Shown: in pieces, positions 25,370-38,370 of the stretch | Numbering within the stretch: the stretch's first letter is position 1 | How the letters are laid out: the number at the start of each line of letters is the position of its first letter | Source of the DNA: Lama glama | Lineage: Eukaryota | Direction: 5' to 3' | NCBI GenBank assembly: GCA_028534125.1 | Contig: CM052817.1 | Location: 13,642,001 to 13,706,000 of the forward strand | Length of the DNA stretch: 64,000 nt | The notes under the pieces: generated by a model | Told to the model about the DNA's origin: nothing | Database searches by the model: none | Seen by the model: the letters and a program-made list of their open reading frames with translations, nothing else | Position numbers and translations under genes: made by a program

Positions 25370-26760
25370 AGAAGACAACAGCAGAGGCACACAGCTAACC
25401 TAAGATGCCAGACCTGACCCATATGCTTAATTATAATAGTTTCTTATTTGGGAATGATTTTGCCCATGAATTAAATGTTTTTCTATCATAGGTACAGTCT
25501 TACGCTGATTTTAAGAACCAACTGAGTTGTTGGGTTTGTACTCAATTACTGATGTACAGCACTTCTAGCTTACTTGGTGGATTTTTCGTCTCCAAGTCTC
25601 TGATTGGATGGCCCTTAGAAAACTTACCTTAGAAGAAAGAAGTTATAATTCTGTTCAGGCTACCATTGCTATTACTAGATGGGATTTTCTCATGTGGTCA
25701 ATCAGTCATCATTGTTCTGACTCTGGCGATAAACATGAATTCTCTCTTAATGTTACCCAAGCTTAGTCTGAACAATGAGCTAAAATTTGGTCAAAGAACG
25801 TAACTTCCTAATTATTAGAAGGGATCCTCTCTCAGCTTTGGGATGGATTTATATGGCTAACACCAGGCTATCATTGTTTAATTTTAAGAGCTTCCCTATG
25901 TTGGGAACAACTAAATCATACTAAGGACAATCAGCCTAATGACACTAGAATATTAAGCCGTGTGCCTCATAAAAAATGCTAACAATATCACTTCCCTTAA
26001 AGACAGTGATTGGTATGGGTCAGATTGGGTTACACAACCAGGAATATAGTAGGTTTCACCTAATGGAACTCGGTGACTCTGTGGTGCCAATCTGTGGCCC
26101 TGGCTTCTGCCAGGATGCACAGGAAGATGAATCCTAGGATTTCCTTCCGTTTAAGGGAACATGCTTGCCAATTTAGATGTACCCTTAATACATGCCCAAT
26201 GGACAAAAAAAAAGAAAAAACTTGACATTCCTTTGGCATGACCATTTGGCAGCTACTTTTGTGCCTTTCACAGGATTGGAAGACATGAACACTCACATCA
26301 AGGCCCTCATAAAATTCATTCAGCAAGCCTTGAACAATGGTAATCAGGCCATTGGCCTACTAAATTCTTGAGATATCCATGATCAGAAAAGCAGTATTAT
26401 GAAACCACATGGCTCTTGGCATCCCTACAGTGTCCCAAGAAGTCACCTGTACCATAATTCACACTGAGTGCTGTGTTTTTCTGCTGTTTTATACCAGATG
26501 CCTCCTCTAATATAACACATTTAATGACCTACATGAAAAATCAGACTTCTGACTTAGGTGAACCACTTTCCAGTCTTGGTGAACTTTTAAAAAAGCCAGT
26601 TTGGTTTCAGAAGCTCATGACTTAAATCTCTACTTATAACTTTATTAATGTTATTAACCATATTATTTATAGCCTGTCTGTTTTATAGGATTGTTGTTTC
26701 TTGGATAATTACCTAGTGTGTAACCAAGCTTCAGAAAAAATTAATGATGACCACATAGCT
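25370..26760 (+). pseudogene. ERV env remnant (gamma-type SU/TM)
   Basis: CWVC at 25528-25539; PNGTR*LCGANLWPWL at ~26058-26105; degenerate immunosuppressive domain L*NHMALGIPTVSQEVTC at 26397-26450; CX6CC (CTIIHTECC) at 26448-26474; hydrophobic TM-like stretch at ~26625-26705. Many stops. Confidence 0.88.
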
Positions 26761-27096
26761 TGATCATATATATATATAACTCTACATAAATAATTATTAT
26801 TCATGTAACTTGTATTAATATTCCTTTAAAATTATTCTTAAAAATCACACATACAATGTCTGTGAGATAATTTGATGTAGCTGATAAAATGTAGAATCTG
26901 TAAGATGTTTCCCTGTCAGCACATACCTTTAATCCTGTTCACTGTATATAATTAACTCCCCAACATAGATGACTATGCAAATCCAGAGAGAAAAGAGGCT
27001 TTGTACCCACGGACATGATGGACCCACTGGCATCAAAGGACAAAACTTTGATCATTAATACTTTCTATCTAAAATTTTGCTATCAAAAGGGGGAAA

Positions 27097-27616
27097 TGAT
27101 GGAGAAATTTTTCAAATTTTCACTTACCAAGGTATAAAGAAAGTCATTTTGGTTTTACATGATTCAGCTTGAACTTGATTTGAACTATGTGAACTTAGAG
27201 GGCCTGATTTATGGCCTATCAAGCATACATTGTATATCTGCTTCACTCATTAAAAAAAGAATGCATGATCCTCTGATAAAGAAGGCTCACATTGAAGATA
27301 CAGATCATTGTCTCTCTTCTTGTGACCTCAACGATAATAGTCCATATCCCCTTTCCAGATGCCAGGGTCATGCTGAACTGCTGTGCATGTGCTAATCTGT
27401 ACCTACACTTCTTCCCCGGAATTGGGAAAGAATGTCTTGCCTGCTATACTTGATGTACCTTCTTTGTACAACACTATGCTGAAAACCACGCCTCAGTGGA
27501 GCAGTTTCTCAGCACTATCTGAGAGGCTGTCTCCTGGGCGACCGTCTTCAGCTTGGCTTGAATAAAACTCTTTCTTATTCTTTGCTATAGACCGGTTATT
27601 GATTTTTTCATTAACA
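27097..27616 (+). repeat. 3' LTR of the ERV (520 bp, TG...CA)
   Basis: Follows the PPT; AATAAA at 27561-27566; homologous to the 5' LTR. Confidence 0.92.
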
Positions 27617-27634
27617 GTAACTTGCACCAGATTA

Positions 27635-28168
27635 TGAAAGGGATCAGAATACGCCACTTCAAAATATGCCACTTTGGCATAAGGATTATGTTGAGCTGAA
27701 GGTAACTGAGAGTCAGCAGTGCAAGAAAAGTTCTCTGCCCTCCTGTTACCTACCTAAGGGCAGGGCATACATGCATTTTACTTTGCGAAGCTGCCCTCTC
27801 ACTCTTCTGTGCCAAGAATCAGAGAGCAACTCTTATCATGGGAGACAGAAAGTCATCACCGTGATCAGTCTGCACAAACAAACCTAACTGCATAGAAATC
27901 TTATCCTCTATTAATGCCCCTCATATACTTCCCAACAATTTATCATCCCTTAAAGCCCCAACTCCCTTTCTTTTGCTAAAATGGTACCTATGCCCCAGAA
28001 TCTAGCTGCTTCTTTGAGTTTTGCTTCTTTTCTGTGAACGTATATGCACATAAATATTAATAAAAATTGAATGCCTTATTTCTGTTAATCTGTCCTTTGT
28101 CAGTATACTTTGAAGGCCTTTAGTTACTAACCATAAGAGGGAAGAGAAAAAGATTTTCCTCCCTAACA
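27635..28168 (+). mobile_element. Solo LTR, MER34-like (ERV1)
   Basis: TGAAAGGGATCAGAATACGCCAC...AAAATATGCCACTTTGGCATAAGGATTAT start, AATAAA near 28059, ends ttcctccctaaCA. Unrelated in sequence to the adjacent ERV LTR. Confidence 0.8.
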
Positions 28169-29294
28169 GTAACACGCTAGAAGTCAGGGAGTTGGGATTT
28201 AACCACAGGAATTTTCACTTTAAAGCCAGTGCTTTTATACCCCTGGGGAGGTATATGTAAACACCACTAGTTCTGTTTTGTTCTCACTGTAGCCCCATTA
28301 AACAAAGAGAAGTCAGATTTAAAAAGCAAATACTATCCAGAAAGATGTGTCGTGGCCTTAATTTCGTACTGAAGTATAAATGCTTACTATCCAGTTCTTT
28401 CCTGGAAGCAAGGAAAAGAGAAATGAGGTAAGGGAAGTGGCTCAGGAGGGGACAGGGAGGAAGGGGGGAAGTTAAAGGGGAGAGAGAAGAGAGGAAGAAA
28501 AGGGGGAGGGAGAAATGAGAGTGAGGAAAGGAGCAATCCTGTATGCCAGCCACCATGAGAGATTCAGAAGCTGAACGTGGCCTGTTTCCTGCCTGCTAGA
28601 TTCTCAGAGACATCCAGGGAGGTGAGATCTGAAACAGAAGTAAATGAGGCTATGGGAAAGGGATGAGCAAAGGGTTATTCCTGCCTAAATTAGTTGCACC
28701 TCCCTGGTCCATTTGTCTCGGGGGTCTCTGTACCTAGACATGCAGAACATCCTTTTGGCTCCACTTTCTCAGTTGTAAGCATCAAATGACCTTGGAAATA
28801 GAGCAGGTGGCTTTCAAAGTGTGACAAATTGCATCTCCGTGGGTACTGCACTGGCCATAGCTGGGCCTCGGGCCCCACACTCAGTGTCTGTTTCTTGGCG
28901 CTAAGCTGCCTTCTCTTTCACCTGGGGAAGGACTCTGCTGCCTTAGATTTATCACTTCGTCAGCTCGGTTCAGTTCTTAGGCACAAGATTCCTGTAGATT
29001 GACTCCTGTGTTCTCAGCTGCATTGGCGCCTTTCCTGTCCCACAGCAGCACTTTGGGAAAGAAAGCCCAACTGATTTAGACCTAAATGCATTCCAAATCT
29101 CAGGAGACACTGAATGATTATCTTGACCAGGTTTTGTTGTGTAGAGTTGTGTACAACTCTGAGAATACTTCCTTTCCTGAGAACACTTCTAACTCCTTCT
29201 TATTTACTTGTTTATCCACTTAATTTTTTCTTCTTTTTTTCTCTCTTTCTTCTTTCCTTCCTTTCTCTTCCTTCCTTCCCTCCTTCTTTAATTC

Positions 29295-29341
29295 CTCTCT
29301 CTCTCTCTCTCACACACACACATACACACACACACACACAC
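29295..29341. repeat. (TC)n(CA)n compound microsatellite preceded by a pyrimidine-rich tract
   Basis: Directly visible. Confidence 0.95.
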
Positions 29342-30163
29342 AATTATCACTGGGATCATTTCCCTCGTCTGCCAGGCTAGAATAGGTGAGGCCCCAGTGA
29401 TTAGAGACGCCCCCTTTGCACTGACCTTGGTGTGCTGGGTGATGAACACGGCTTAGTGAACGTCTGTACAGAAGATATTTAGGATGCAGGGTGTGGGCCA
29501 TGGTAGGCATTCGTCCCTAACTGCTAGTTCTCTGGAGTGACTGGGCAGGATCTGACAGCCAGGATTCATGGCCAGGTCTCTGGAACCTCAGTTCAGTGCT
29601 CTTTCCACTATAACAGGAATTTAAGGTGTCTACATAATAGCTAAGATACAAGCAAGGAGGGACCATGCATACAGAAGAGAGGGAGTCCTCCTAGTGAGGA
29701 GATCAGAAAACTCCACACTAAAGAGCCGCTTCTTCCGGGGAATGGCAGGTCAACAAGGATAAGCATCATTCAGCTTGATGAAGCTCAGGCCTAATGTTAC
29801 ATATGCTCGGATGCTGCTCATGAGTGGAGCTGTTGTCGGTACCTCCAAATCAGACACATTTATGTCTAGCTGCCAAGATCCGCTTCAGGCTAGCAGCCGG
29901 TGAAGCTGGGGCCCACATCTCAGTAAATCTCTTTGGCAAGAAGTACTAAACTTTATTTTTTTTTTAAAGAGGCAAAGGATAAATTTTTTTTCTAACTTAG
30001 CTCCAAAAACAGAGGCTTAAAGAGCTGGAAATGGAATCATTTCTCCTCCGAGAATTACATGTCTTTCAGAACTTCTAGTCAATCAGTGTAGCAGCGTATC
30101 ACTGCTGGAGATCGCTTGTTTCCTATCATTATGCTCACGTTGTCAACAGTGCTAAAATCAGTC

Positions 30164-30656
30164 TGTACTAATTTCCTACTGCTGCAGTGACAAACACAAA
30201 GTTGGTGGCTTAAAACAATGCCATCTTTCAGCACTGGAGGTTGAAAGTCTGAAATGGGTCTCACTGGGCTAAATTCAAGGTGCTGACAGGGTTGCACTCC
30301 TCCAGGAGGCTCTAGGAAAGAATCTGTTCCCTCGGGTTTTCCAGGTTCTAGAGTCTGCTCTCGTTCCTTGGCTAGTGGCCACCTCCATCTTCAATGCCAA
30401 CAATGGACAATTAAGTCTCTCTCAGACAACATCATTCTGAACTGCATTCTTTTGCCTCTTTCTTCCATTTATCCCTGTGAATCCATCAGGCCTGTCTGGA
30501 TAATCAAGGATAATCTTCCTATGTTAAGGTCAGATAATTAGCAACCTTAATTCCATCTGCATCTTTAATTACCCTTGCCATGCAACCTAGCATATCCATG
30601 GGTTTTGGAGATTAGAATGTGCTGTCTTTGAGGGACCATCATTCTGCCTATCACAC
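30164..30656 (-). mobile_element. MLT1D-like MaLR solo LTR
   Basis: gaaagtctgaaatgggtctcactgggctaaattcaaggtgctgacagggttgc...taaggtcagataattagcaaccttaattccatctgc...cattctgcctatcaca. Confidence 0.88.
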
Positions 30657-30779
30657 AGTTCATAATATATAAATTACTTTGAACAGAAAACATCCTTTTA
30701 AATAAGAAAAGAAAAGCTACCTTAAACTGAAACCCACAAAAATAGACTCGACTTCATCAGGAGCAAGCCAATTAAGAGA

Positions 30780-30810
30780 TGTGTATGTGTGTGTGTGTGT
30801 GTGTGTGTGT
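30780..30810. repeat. (TG)n microsatellite
   Basis: Directly visible. Confidence 0.95.
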
Positions 30811-32599
30811 TTAATATACATAAAAAGAACCTTGTCTTTGAGAAGCAAAGGGCAGATTTAATTAGCATTTCTATCTTTGAACTTCCAATTTTCACTAAGA
30901 AAGGACTGAAGAAAGTACATTTCAAAGTATTAAAAATGAACAGCAAACAGTTCGGAAGATACAAGCTAATGATCAAACCAAGGGACATTCTGCTTTCATT
31001 TTAGTGGTCAGAAGCAATTAGATGCAGAGAAGGTATTTCCTGTGAGCCCAAAACTAACACAGGAGTTACAGGAGACAGAACCTCAAAGTAGACAGAACTG
31101 GGATAACGTTCCCCCTTTACAGAATTTCTAGGCGGATCACAAAAGATAATGAAGGTAAAGGCACTTCTTAACTGGGGAAAGGCACTCACACGCAACACTC
31201 CAATTAACTCGCCCAGACATCCCAGGATGGATAAGACTAGAAATGAACCACGATCTTCAGCTACAGAGGTTTTCATTTTTACTGAAAGTTGTCAATCCTC
31301 TGGACATGAACGAGTCATAGACCATGACTTTCAGAAAGACTTCTCACTGCGATAACAAAGCTGTGGTAAATGAGGGGATTTCCCCTGCAGAGACCCTCTG
31401 ATGCTGTTCCCCGAGGAATGTGCACTCAGATGGGCTGGCTCTCACACACCTGAGTTAAAAAACAACCCAAGCCCTTTCCAAAAATCTGCATTTATCCAGG
31501 ATTTTGTTGTAATTTTATGTGTATTTTCACTTTTCCAGATTTTGTCTCACTTATTCTTCATATCCGTTTGTTTAAAAAAAAAATGAGAGCATTGAGGATA
31601 TGAGAGTTTTTCTTATCCAGAAACAAATGCAAAATTGGGTTTTAAAACTAGGTGTTTGGCTCCATATCCATTTTGGGGTTTGTTGCTGTTTTTGTTTTCT
31701 GCTCTAGTATTTACAGAGTGGTTTCTCTGTATTGGGTGCTGTGATAAGGAAGTGCTTTATTTCAGTGACTTATGAAATGGTGCTGTCAGGAGCAATAAAT
31801 GGGTTAGTGCACAGTACAGCTAAAGCATTCAGGCCATTGCAGAGCATATGGCAAGTGCTCTATTTATAAGAGTCATTAGAATTTCTTCACAAGCCATCTC
31901 TGAGGTGTTTCTATTATTACACCTATTTGACAAATGAAGAAATTGCAAGTCAAAATGGTTAAGACCCTTAACCACTTTTTCTGGTACGTGACCAAGTGAG
32001 CCATGACACTCCGTCCTCATTCCCACAAGCCAGCCTCTTGTTGGCCCTCCGGGCTTGGTTCTTTAAAACAGAGCCACTCTTAGCCCCTCAGCTAGTCCTG
32101 GGCTTCCAAGCCAGGCAGAGCCTAAGCTAACTGAACTGCCAAACTATTCAATCTGTCTGGAAAGATCCTCAGATGTCAGGTGCCATAGCTCAGTGATCAT
32201 TTCTTCACTTGAGAAATTTGACCTTCACATCATTTCTATCTCATGTCATTCATGTATTTATTTATTCATTCTTTAGAACAGTTGACACTGACTGTATGCC
32301 ATGCAAAATATGCAGGGGACGATGGGGGATAAATATTACGAAGAAGCTTACAGTTCAGGAGGAGGAAAGAATGCATGTGAGTCACTACATCCAAGGAAGA
32401 ATATTAGTGTTCATGAGAAAGTGTGTTTTAAGTGTAGAGGGGGTTTACAGGAGGAAGAGGAACAGGAAGGGAGGGTTGAGGTCCATCAGGGATTTTATAG
32501 AGTCTGAGTTTGACCTTCATAGTTATTCAATCATTGTTTCAATGAGTCAATCAACAACATTTATCATCTACTATATGCTAAAATATGCAAAACCCCTCA

Positions 32600-33365
32600 A
32601 TATAATCCAATCAACAAATCTGCTTGGCTCCACCATAAAAATACGACCTTTCTCTGACTATCTCTTACTAATTCTGCTAATATAGCCCTAGATCCAAGGC
32701 ACCATTGACACATTCCCTCTGACTTTCCTGTTTTCACTCCTGCATCTCTACAGTCTATTTTTCACACAGTACCTGGATAAAGAGTATATTTTCATGTAAC
32801 TTCCCTGCTCATGGCCTTCCAATAGCTGTCCATGACATTGGGATAACAGTCAAGCTCTCACCATGTCTTGGCCCCACTTTGATCTCAACTGAGACCCATT
32901 TCACCCCCTCCTCCCCATCCCCAACCACAGTTCTCTCTTCACACAGTCTTTCAATTCTCTGAATAAACCAAGATTATTCCTGCCTAAGGATTTTGTGCTT
33001 CATGATCCCTCTGTGACGAATACTCACTACCCCAAGGCTGTCTCCTTATTTCTCGCTCTTTCTCATCACTCAGCTCTGCTAGGTGCAAATGCTGTCTATT
33101 AAGAGGGAGCCTCCTTGACCAGAAATGCTGTGTCTCCTGTCCCCACTGCCAGTCAGTCTCTATCAAATTGCCGTGTTTTTTCTCCAGAGTACTCACCACT
33201 TTCCCCAGAGTATTTTTTCACATGTTTGTTAGCTCACGCATTGCCTATCTCTTTCCATTTGTATGGAATACTTTGTCACATTATGTCCAGCTGGTAGAAG
33301 AGTGCTTGGTGACCACAGGCTTTTCTTAACTGTTTGTTGAATGAATCAATGAATGAAAGGGTGAA
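32600..33365 (+). mobile_element. L2 relic with 3' terminus
   Basis: Ends in tgtttgttgaatgaatcaatgaatgaa, the L2 tail. Confidence 0.75.
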
Positions 33366-34659
33366 TGGCATAAGACAGTGTTCCTCACTCATGCAGACAT
33401 TTGAAATCACATAAATTGCCTCAGCCATAGTCATGATCAGAGATTGGCAACTAACCTAATTTTATGGGACACTGGGTTCACGAGAGAATTCATCAGACAT
33501 GTGGAAGAGGTCAGATTATGAAGAATTACAAGTACCTATAAGAGAGTTGAATAATGATGCTCTAATAAATGTTTCTGGACAGTAGAGTGGCATAATCACA
33601 ACAGTGTCCTGTTTGCTTCATCTGCTCATAATAAAAACAAAAGCAACCACAGCAATGAGAGAAAAGAGAAAAACTGAAGCCACGAAGGCCACGAGCTGGC
33701 TACTGCAAGGGTCTAAGTCAGAGGTCCTCTCGGTGGGCAGAAGGAACAGGGATGAGCACAGAGACAAGCACAGGTGCAGAGATGAACCTGGCAGAACAGG
33801 GTGAAGCAGAACAGTGTGAAGGAGGTATCAAAGGTGATCTGAACTGACTGTGGATCATGGCGGATTCATTCATCAACATACTACTGGAACTGACCAGTGA
33901 AAAAACAAAAAAGGTGGTGGAAATATACTGAAAGGATGCAAGGATAACTCATAAACTTGAAGTCAGAACTGAATAGCCAAGAGTAGGAAGGGGCAGAAGG
34001 AAGGCAGCTCTGGGTGGCCTGCAGCAGTAGTTTCTAGACCTCTGGTTGAGAGGGCTGCACTTAACTTATCTCTGGCACTCTCGAACATGGCAACTATCCA
34101 ACTCCAAATTTCAAATAGGAAAGTCCACCTGCAGATACGCCTGCATCAATCAGTTATGGCAGATCACTGAGTGCAGAAGAGCACTGGGGACTCACTCCTA
34201 AGGTTGGTGGTCCTTTTAGGAGAAAGGAAATTCTTGAGGGTTTGGACAGCCACACCAAGTCATCATCTCTAGGTGAAAACAGAAACAGTAACAAGTAGGG
34301 AGATGAAGTGACAAGAGTGAATAAGAGCAAGGAATCAACAGTCTATGAGAAAGAGGAGCCAAATGTGCCAGAGCAAGAGTGGTGAGAGAGATCCCAGGAG
34401 ATTTCAGAAAGCAATATTCTCATGAGAGCCAAGAAACTATTGAGCTTCAAGGAAAGGATGGACCATTGTGTTAAATGGAGAAACCCAATCATTCTCCAAG
34501 TTAAAATGTGGTCCCAGTACAAATTAGTCTGAGGTTGTCAAACTGTGCATATGTATGTGCATGGGGGGGTGGTTTGTAGATGTATGTACAGAGGACTGGA
34601 GTGCACTCCTGAAACGGGAAGGTAATGCTTAAAATGATTTTCAACTATGATGCTTCTGT

Positions 34660-35600
34660 TTTTCCATTCAATCCAAGATAATTCTACAAGTATTACTGAC
34701 CATTCAGTCTGTGCCTAACTTGGATGCAGGAGCTGGGGGTACCATCCACACAAGTGAGTTAGCCCCTGCTCTCATGGAGCCTCCAGTCCAATGGTAATTT
34801 TTAGGGAAGTAGGCAGACTGCTATTAAATATTGTAATGAGAGCAATGGTGGTTCAGCATGGGAGCTCCTTAGATAGACACTTAACCCACATTTGAATTTG
34901 AACAAGTCTGCTGAAAAAAAAAAGGTATTATCTGAGCTGAGAGATTTTAAGGATGAGCAGGGTCAAAGATGGAGAAAATGTGTTGCCAGTGGAGGGAAAA
35001 GTAGGTTCTTAGACATGGGTAAGAACTTAGTGGCTCACATATTTGAGCAGGAGAAACACAGAGTGGACATTTTGGATGGGAATGAATTGTATTTCACCAG
35101 ACGAGGCTGCTAAGGCAAGCAGGACCCAGATCACAAAGGCTCTTTAAGCATGCTAATGGAGTCTGCTTTTTTATCTTGAGAGCACTAGGACCAATGAAAA
35201 TTTGTAAGCAGAGGCAAGACAGCATCAAATTTGTATTTGAGAAAGATCACTGTGGTTGCTGTGTTAGAGAATTGACTGGGAGGTAATGTGGCTGAACTTT
35301 AGGCAAGGAGACTAATTAGGAAGCTATTCTAGAAATCCAAGTGAGAAATGAATTAGGATTGTAGCCAATTTGGATGGATACAAAGTTTACAGAGGTGATG
35401 GATCTCCTGATACCAGGAGCTGATTAACCAGGAGAATGAGGAGAGAGAGTCCTGAATGACGTTCAAGTTTCCAGAAAGAAAACAAACAAACAAACAAAAA
35501 ACGTTTACCCTCTTTAGTTGACAGCTGAGATTATCTGCAAAATTAATTATGTTGTAAAGGACTAACAAATGGATGCATGTAGGTTTGAAACAAGAATCAT
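34660..35600 (-). mobile_element. L2 relic
   Basis: cccctgctctcatggagcctccagtc...ttgtatttgagaaagatcactgtggttgctgtg...aatccaagtgagaaatga. Confidence 0.72.
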
Positions 35601-35939
35601 TAAGTTTAGGGACTGAACAGTACACTAACTAGTCAGAGGTAAGATAGAGAAAGGGCATGTACGTTACAACGTTGAGTTTGCTAGTACCAGCAGCCTCACA
35701 TTCCCAGAGCAATCATCTCCACCTCTGCAACTGCCAGTCATTGCCAAGGAGCCCAGCAAAAGAGAAGTGAGAGTAAGGGGCATGTGAACATTTGTTCATG
35801 GCCATTTCATATCCAATGCTTTTGCTGAGCGGACTCTCCCCACTTCCACCTGTCTCAGAATGATAAATTCTCCAGGCAGATATATGAATATATCTATTCT
35901 TGTAATGCCAAGTAGGAGGCTCTCTGGTTACCATACAAA

Positions 35940-36700
35940 CTATTAGCAAATGTATTTGACTCTTTCTTAAAGAGTATCCAGAATCTAACCAATTCTCAGT
36001 AACTGACTGCCAAACACCTGAGGCAAGCCACCATCCTCTCCTTCCTGACTTTTGTCTTCTGGGTCATCTCTCAGCTTATGCCCTTGCTTTCCCATAGACT
36101 GTTCTATAAGAAGAGCAGCCACAGTAAACCTTTTAAAACAGGTCAAATCATGTGACAACTCTTGCTCAAAATCTCTGAACAGCTCTCCTTTTTCTAAAAG
36201 TAAAAACCCATTTTAAATGGGTATTGAGTCTCTTATAGTAAGTTCCTGATCTCATCTCTCATTATATTGCCCTTACTTACTCACTCCAACCACTTTGGTC
36301 TCTTCAATGTGCTTTGATCATCCCAGGCATGCTACTACCTCAGGGCCTTTGCACTTGTGGTTTCCCCTCCCTGGACCAATCTCTTATCTAGATTTCTACA
36401 TGACACTTTTCCTTGGCAATATCAGGTCCGTACTGCATGATCACCTTCATAAGCCCAGAAGGCTGCCTTATCCAAAATGGCACCCTTTCACTCTCAGTTC
36501 TCCCTTACCTCTTCCAAACCCTTTTATTCTTCTTAGAAATTACCAGTATCAAATAGACTGTATAGTTTCTTTCTTCATCTTGTTTTTCCCACGACTCTAA
36601 ATGCCATACAGGGTTTTTGTCAGCTTCATTCACAATCCCCAGCACTGAGAACAGAGCTGACATGTCGTAGGTGCTAGGTAATGAGCTGATGAATGTTGTT
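35940..36700 (+). mobile_element. L2 relic
   Basis: tatccagaatctaaccaattctc...cctcagggcctttgcacttgtggtttcccct...cccagcactgagaacagagctgacatgtcgtaggtgct. Confidence 0.75.
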
Positions 36701-38209
36701 GAAATCTCGACTCAAAGCAACAAGCATTCATTCATAAGTACACATAGTTTTCCCTTTAATTAACATAAATTGATAATAATATATCACCCTTAAACATTTC
36801 ACATTTAAGGGTAACATACAAGTAAACATAGAGGAAAAATTCCAAGTTTCCTCTAGAAGAAAACACTATGAAACTATTTGATACATTGCTTACGAAGAAA
36901 TTGAAAATGTAACAGGTAACTAAAGTTCAAAAACTGTTTGAGTGATATTAAAAAGGTCACTTATCTGCCTTTTGAGGCTGGTGAGTCCTGAAATGGAGAG
37001 CTCTTAACATTTTTTGTTGTTGTTTTTATGTGAATGCCGAGATAGATTCGGCTTATGAAGTTTTGGATTTGAACTGGTTGAGCGGAATTGCTCTGCTTAA
37101 TTGAGGAAGGCAGGATTTGAAGTGCCATCCTCCCCCTTCTTCCTAACTCTTTAGTGCCTGTAGTTATGTGTGTAAAAATAAAGGGATGGAAGTGAAGAAG
37201 TAGAATTAAGTCAGAGGATGCATGCTCCCTAAGAAATGACAACAGTAATTTACTGAATGCCTACTTTGTTCAAGATATGGTAGCAGAGAGGCTGCACATC
37301 TATGTTGCTGTTTAATTTTCACAAGGGCTCTGTAAGCTGTATATTATCAGCTCTAAGCAGATAAGGAAACTGAGAGAGGGCTAAAGAGCTTTCATTTTTG
37401 CGCAGAATTTGTTGGTGCTGAGATGGAACCTAATCTGCTATAATTTACCCTCTTTATCCAAGGAACACTGCTTGTTTGTGCTTTGAACCACTCTTTCCTC
37501 CTTGCTGCCAAGTAGGAGACATTTTTTCCTTAGAAATTATTTTACAAATGGTGATTTGGTTTCCAGGTAAGTTCATTAAAACCCTTTGCAATGCATAATG
37601 CAGCCGTTAGATCAGGATTGTTTCTATGGAAATATGAGCCCCGAGTGCTAAACTGCCAACTTAACAAATGAACTTTGGGGATGTAATCTGTTTCCCTTTT
37701 CTCAGAGGAGATAAATAGGTGGTGATGTTTAATTCCTCAACGCATTCTGGGTATCATCTTTCCAGATAGCGTTTGGCTGTGATGTATTTTCTCCCACCTC
37801 CGGAGTATAAAAAGCTGCAAGGTTTTCTGCCACACAGGAGTAAACGCTGAGCCCCAGAGCCAATTTCTCATTTCAGACACTGCAGATTTCCATGTGCATC
37901 TGCAAGCTCCAAATATGACTATAAACACGCCAGCCAAAACAAACTGTAATTTTTATAAAATAAATCTGGGGAGTATGTTTTTCTGAAACCTAAGGCTTCT
38001 TGACTGAGAGTATAGTAGGAAAAGGCGAGGTTTGGAGCAGAGCTCATACTCCATTCATTGGCAGTGCTGCATCCCATACAAAACCTGGCAGAGAATAATC
38101 AGGACAAATGGCCTCATCTTTCTCTCTTTGTCACTTCCTGGGAGCGAGGTGTTTAAGAAAGCCAAGAACTCCTCGTAGGCAATTCAGAACAGAGTCGTCT
38201 ATTGCAATG

Positions 38210-38370
38210 CTACGCAAAGCACCAGCAATAGCTAGGAGCCTGGTAAAATGCAAATTTTCCAGCCCATCCCAGATTCACTGAATCAGGATCTCCGAGGAGG
38301 GCATGCAGCAATCTGTGCTTTACAGGCTCTCGGGGTGATTGTGATGCAGTGAAGTTTTGAGAAGCATGAA
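38210..38370. mobile_element. MER5A-like MITE (further MER5 fragments at ~2995-3090, ~19860-19965, ~44755-44940, ~47780-47900)
   Basis: aaatgcaaattttccagcccatcccagattcactgaatcag...gcaatctgtgctttacaggctctcggggtgattgtgatgca. Confidence 0.75.

Larger units (their letters stand above)
22934..27616 (+). mobile_element. Decayed, internally deleted class I (gamma-like, ERV1) endogenous retrovirus with two LTRs
   Basis: Direct repeats 22934-23437 and 27097-27616, PBS-like sequence after the 5' LTR, polypurine tract aaaagggggaaa (27085-27096) before TG, and pol and env remnants in the correct order. Confidence 0.93.

Noticed and set aside
25370..26760. env as a possible domesticated (syncytin-like) gene
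   Set aside because: Multiple stops and frameshifts, including within the immunosuppressive domain.
32209..32685. 158-aa plus-strand ORF
   Set aside because: Spans L2 fragments in opposite orientations; chance ORF.
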